NCBI GenBank assembly: GCA_036497945.1
Contig: DASXIN010000023.1
Coordinates: 54,140 to 118,139 of the forward strand
DNA: 64,000 nt
Source: Streptosporangiaceae bacterium
Lineage (GTDB): Bacteria > Actinomycetota > Actinomycetes > Streptosporangiales > Streptosporangiaceae
Reading direction: 5' to 3'
The notes below the pieces were generated by a model, which ran no database searches, was not told where the DNA came from, and saw nothing but the letters and a program-made list of their open reading frames with translations. The position numbers were made by a program, and so were the translations under genes. Position 1 is the first letter of the stretch, and each line of letters starts with the position of its first letter. Positions 62,464 through 64,000 of this stretch are shown in pieces.

Positions 62464-63237
62464 TCAGCCGGGCACGGCCGCCAGGCGCTGGCCGCGGAAC
62501 CGGGATGTCCACTCCTCCTGCGCCGGGTCCAGCCGCGGCAGCGGGCCAAGCGCCCAGCTGAGCAGCAGGTCGGCCAGGCCGGGGTTGCGCACCAGGGCGG
62601 GCCCGTGCAGGTAGGTGCCCAGCACCCGGCCGGCGTAGGCGCCCTCGGTGCCGTCCCCGTTGCCCACCCCGACCGACACCTGGGCCAGCGGCCGGGCGTG
62701 CGGCCCGACCCGGGTGACGCCCTGGTGGTTCTCGAAGCCGGTCAGCCTGGGCACGCCGAGCTGCGGATCGACGTCGGCCAGGATCTCGCCCACGCCGCGC
62801 CGCTCGCCCCGGCCGCTGCGGATGTCCAGGATCTCCAGGCCCGGCACCAGCTGGCCTTCGTCGCCGCCGAACTCGTGGCCGAGCAACTGGTACCCGGCAC
62901 ACACGGCGAAGATGACCGAGCCGCGGCGCGCCGCGGCGGCCAGCCCGCCGTCCTGCCGCAGCCGCCGGGCGGCCAGCACCTGGGGCAGGTCCTCCCCGCC
63001 GCCGAGCAGGTAGATGTCACCCTGGCTGGGCACCTGCTGGTCGGAGTTGACCAGGATGGATTCCACCCCGATGCCCCGGAGCCGGGCCCGGCGCTCCAGG
63101 ATCAGCAGATTGCCCCGGTCGCCGTACGTGCTGAGCAGGTCCGGGTACACCCAGACCAGCCGGAGCGTGCTGGGGCCGCGGGCGTGCGCGCCCCGCGGGC
63201 CGCCGCCCGTGCTGCCCGGGTCCCAGGGTGGTCCCAT
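62464..63237 (-). CDS. gatD: lipid II isoglutaminyl synthase, glutamine amidotransferase subunit GatD
   Basis: CobQ/CobB-type GATase. YLLGGGED, catalytic Cys in FAVCAGYQLLG, YLHGPAL. Directly downstream of murT. Confidence 0.87.
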   Translation of the reverse strand: MGPPWDPGSTGGGPRGAHARGPSTLRLVWVYPDLLSTYGDRGNLLILERRARLRGIGVESILVNSDQQVPSQGDIYLLGGGEDLPQVLAARRLRQDGGLAAAARRGSVIFAVCAGYQLLGHEFGGDEGQLVPGLEILDIRSGRGERRGVGEILADVDPQLGVPRLTGFENHQGVTRVGPHARPLAQVSVGVGNGDGTEGAYAGRVLGTYLHGPALVRNPGLADLLLSWALGPLPRLDPAQEEWTSRFRGQRLAAVPG

Positions 63238-63251
63238 CCTTGTCCCGCCTT

Positions 63252-64000
63252 TCAGGCCGCGCGGCCGACGGCCGTCCGGATCTGCTGGAATGCCGTGTAG
63301 TTGGCGATCACGTCGAGGGTCCCGCCCGGGCGGACCCGGCTGACCGCGTCGTCGATCCCGTCCACCAACTGGAACGGCACCCGGTCCGCCTCCAGCCGGA
63401 CGGCCAGGTCCAGGCCGCGCTCGCCGGCCACGAACACCGGGCGGCCGGCCACCACCCGGTAGTCCACGTCCCACAGCCAGGACGTGTCCCGGCCGTCCGG
63501 GATCTGCGCGTTGACCGCCAGCAGGACCGGCACCGGCGGGGGCTCCAGCACGTCGAACGCCTCCAGCCAGCCGGCCGGGTTCTTGGCCAGCAGCAGCCGC
63601 ACCTGGCGGCCCTGCCGCTGCACCTGGGTGTACCGGCCGGCCACCGAGGTCACCGAGCGCATCTTCTGCAGCGCGGCGGCCGGCGGGATGCCGAACACCT
63701 CGGCCACGGCCAGGGCCACCACTGCGTTGGACCGGTTGGCCCGGCCGGGCAGGGCCAGGTTGAGTTCGGTCATCCCGCCGGTCGAGTCGATGACCCGGGA
63801 CCCGTCCAGCACCCAGCGCGCCGCCGGGCGGCTGAAACCGCATTCCCCGCAGCGCCAGCCCATGTCGTCCCGGCGCAGGTGGGAGCCGCACTGCGGGCAG
63901 CACCAGGAGTCCTCGTGCCAGCGCTGGCCGGCCGCCACCCAGGTCACCCGGGCCGCGCCCATGGCCGCCCAGGCGATCAGCGGGTCGTCCGCGTTGGCCA
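63252..64000 (-). CDS. murT: lipid II isoglutaminyl synthase, Mur-ligase-like subunit MurT (C-terminal part; gene continues beyond the window)
   Basis: Cys4 ribbon CPQCGSHL..CGECG, LPGRANRSNA, and C-terminal DUF1727-like GRDTSWLWDVD. Confidence 0.87.
   Translation of the reverse strand, partial: ANADDPLIAWAAMGAARVTWVAAGQRWHEDSWCCPQCGSHLRRDDMGWRCGECGFSRPAARWVLDGSRVIDSTGGMTELNLALPGRANRSNAVVALAVAEVFGIPPAAALQKMRSVTSVAGRYTQVQRQGRQVRLLLAKNPAGWLEAFDVLEPPPVPVLLAVNAQIPDGRDTSWLWDVDYRVVAGRPVFVAGERGLDLAVRLEADRVPFQLVDGIDDAVSRVRPGGTLDVIANYTAFQQIRTAVGRAA

Overview
High-GC (roughly 70% by eye) actinobacterial chromosomal core region. It is gene-dense: about 70 protein genes and one tRNA-like gene. I found no rRNA, no CRISPR array, and no transposase, integrase or phage genes. 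Many gene pairs overlap by 1-4 nt (ATGA/GTGA), so much of the window is probably operonic. All calls come from reading the supplied translations and the DNA, with no searches run. Family names rest on remembered motifs and M. tuberculosis locus numbers are from memory.

The window joins three housekeeping blocks that are separate in M. tuberculosis as I remember it:
- 0.1-20 kb: mca, greA, a TPR protein, an MFS/TetR pair, an Lrp/hppD pair, ilvA, an AAA+/VWA pair, metB, cbs and a thiolase (compare Rv1082-Rv1074).
- 21.5-31.3 kb: udgB-ppx-DUF501-ftsB-like-eno, then mazG, a SurA-like lipoprotein and mfd (compare Rv1026-Rv1020).
- 37.8-57.7 kb: ccsA-resB-tlpA, a phosphatase, hemL, hemB-(cobA/hemD)-hemC-hemA-rex, a glutaredoxin-like gene, a SerB-like gene, an acyltransferase, bS22, an HTH protein and proC (compare Rv0529-Rv0500).
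- After that: PRODH, ygfZ, fur, nitrobindin, DsrE and gatD-murT.

No obvious self-contained novel multi-gene system such as a defence island is visible. These items seem most worth a second look:
- A roughly 95-bp structured interspersed repeat with compensatory stem changes. Three copies are present, each starting just after a stop codon.
- A cloverleaf tRNA-like gene with a non-canonical anticodon loop (apparent UAA, C33) inside a low-GC non-coding gap.
- An anthrax-lethal-factor-like (M34) HExxH metallopeptidase that has a repeat-rich disordered N-terminus and no signal peptide. A small acidic ORF follows it directly.
- A Tat-exported DyP-like protein with a Gly/Ser/His tail, inserted between metB and cbs behind a 529-bp low-GC leader.
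- A polytopic membrane protein fused to a disordered linker and an ABM-like domain.
- An N-terminally truncated ECF sigma factor, followed by a 447-bp non-coding stretch carrying a near-perfect extended Shine-Dalgarno sequence.
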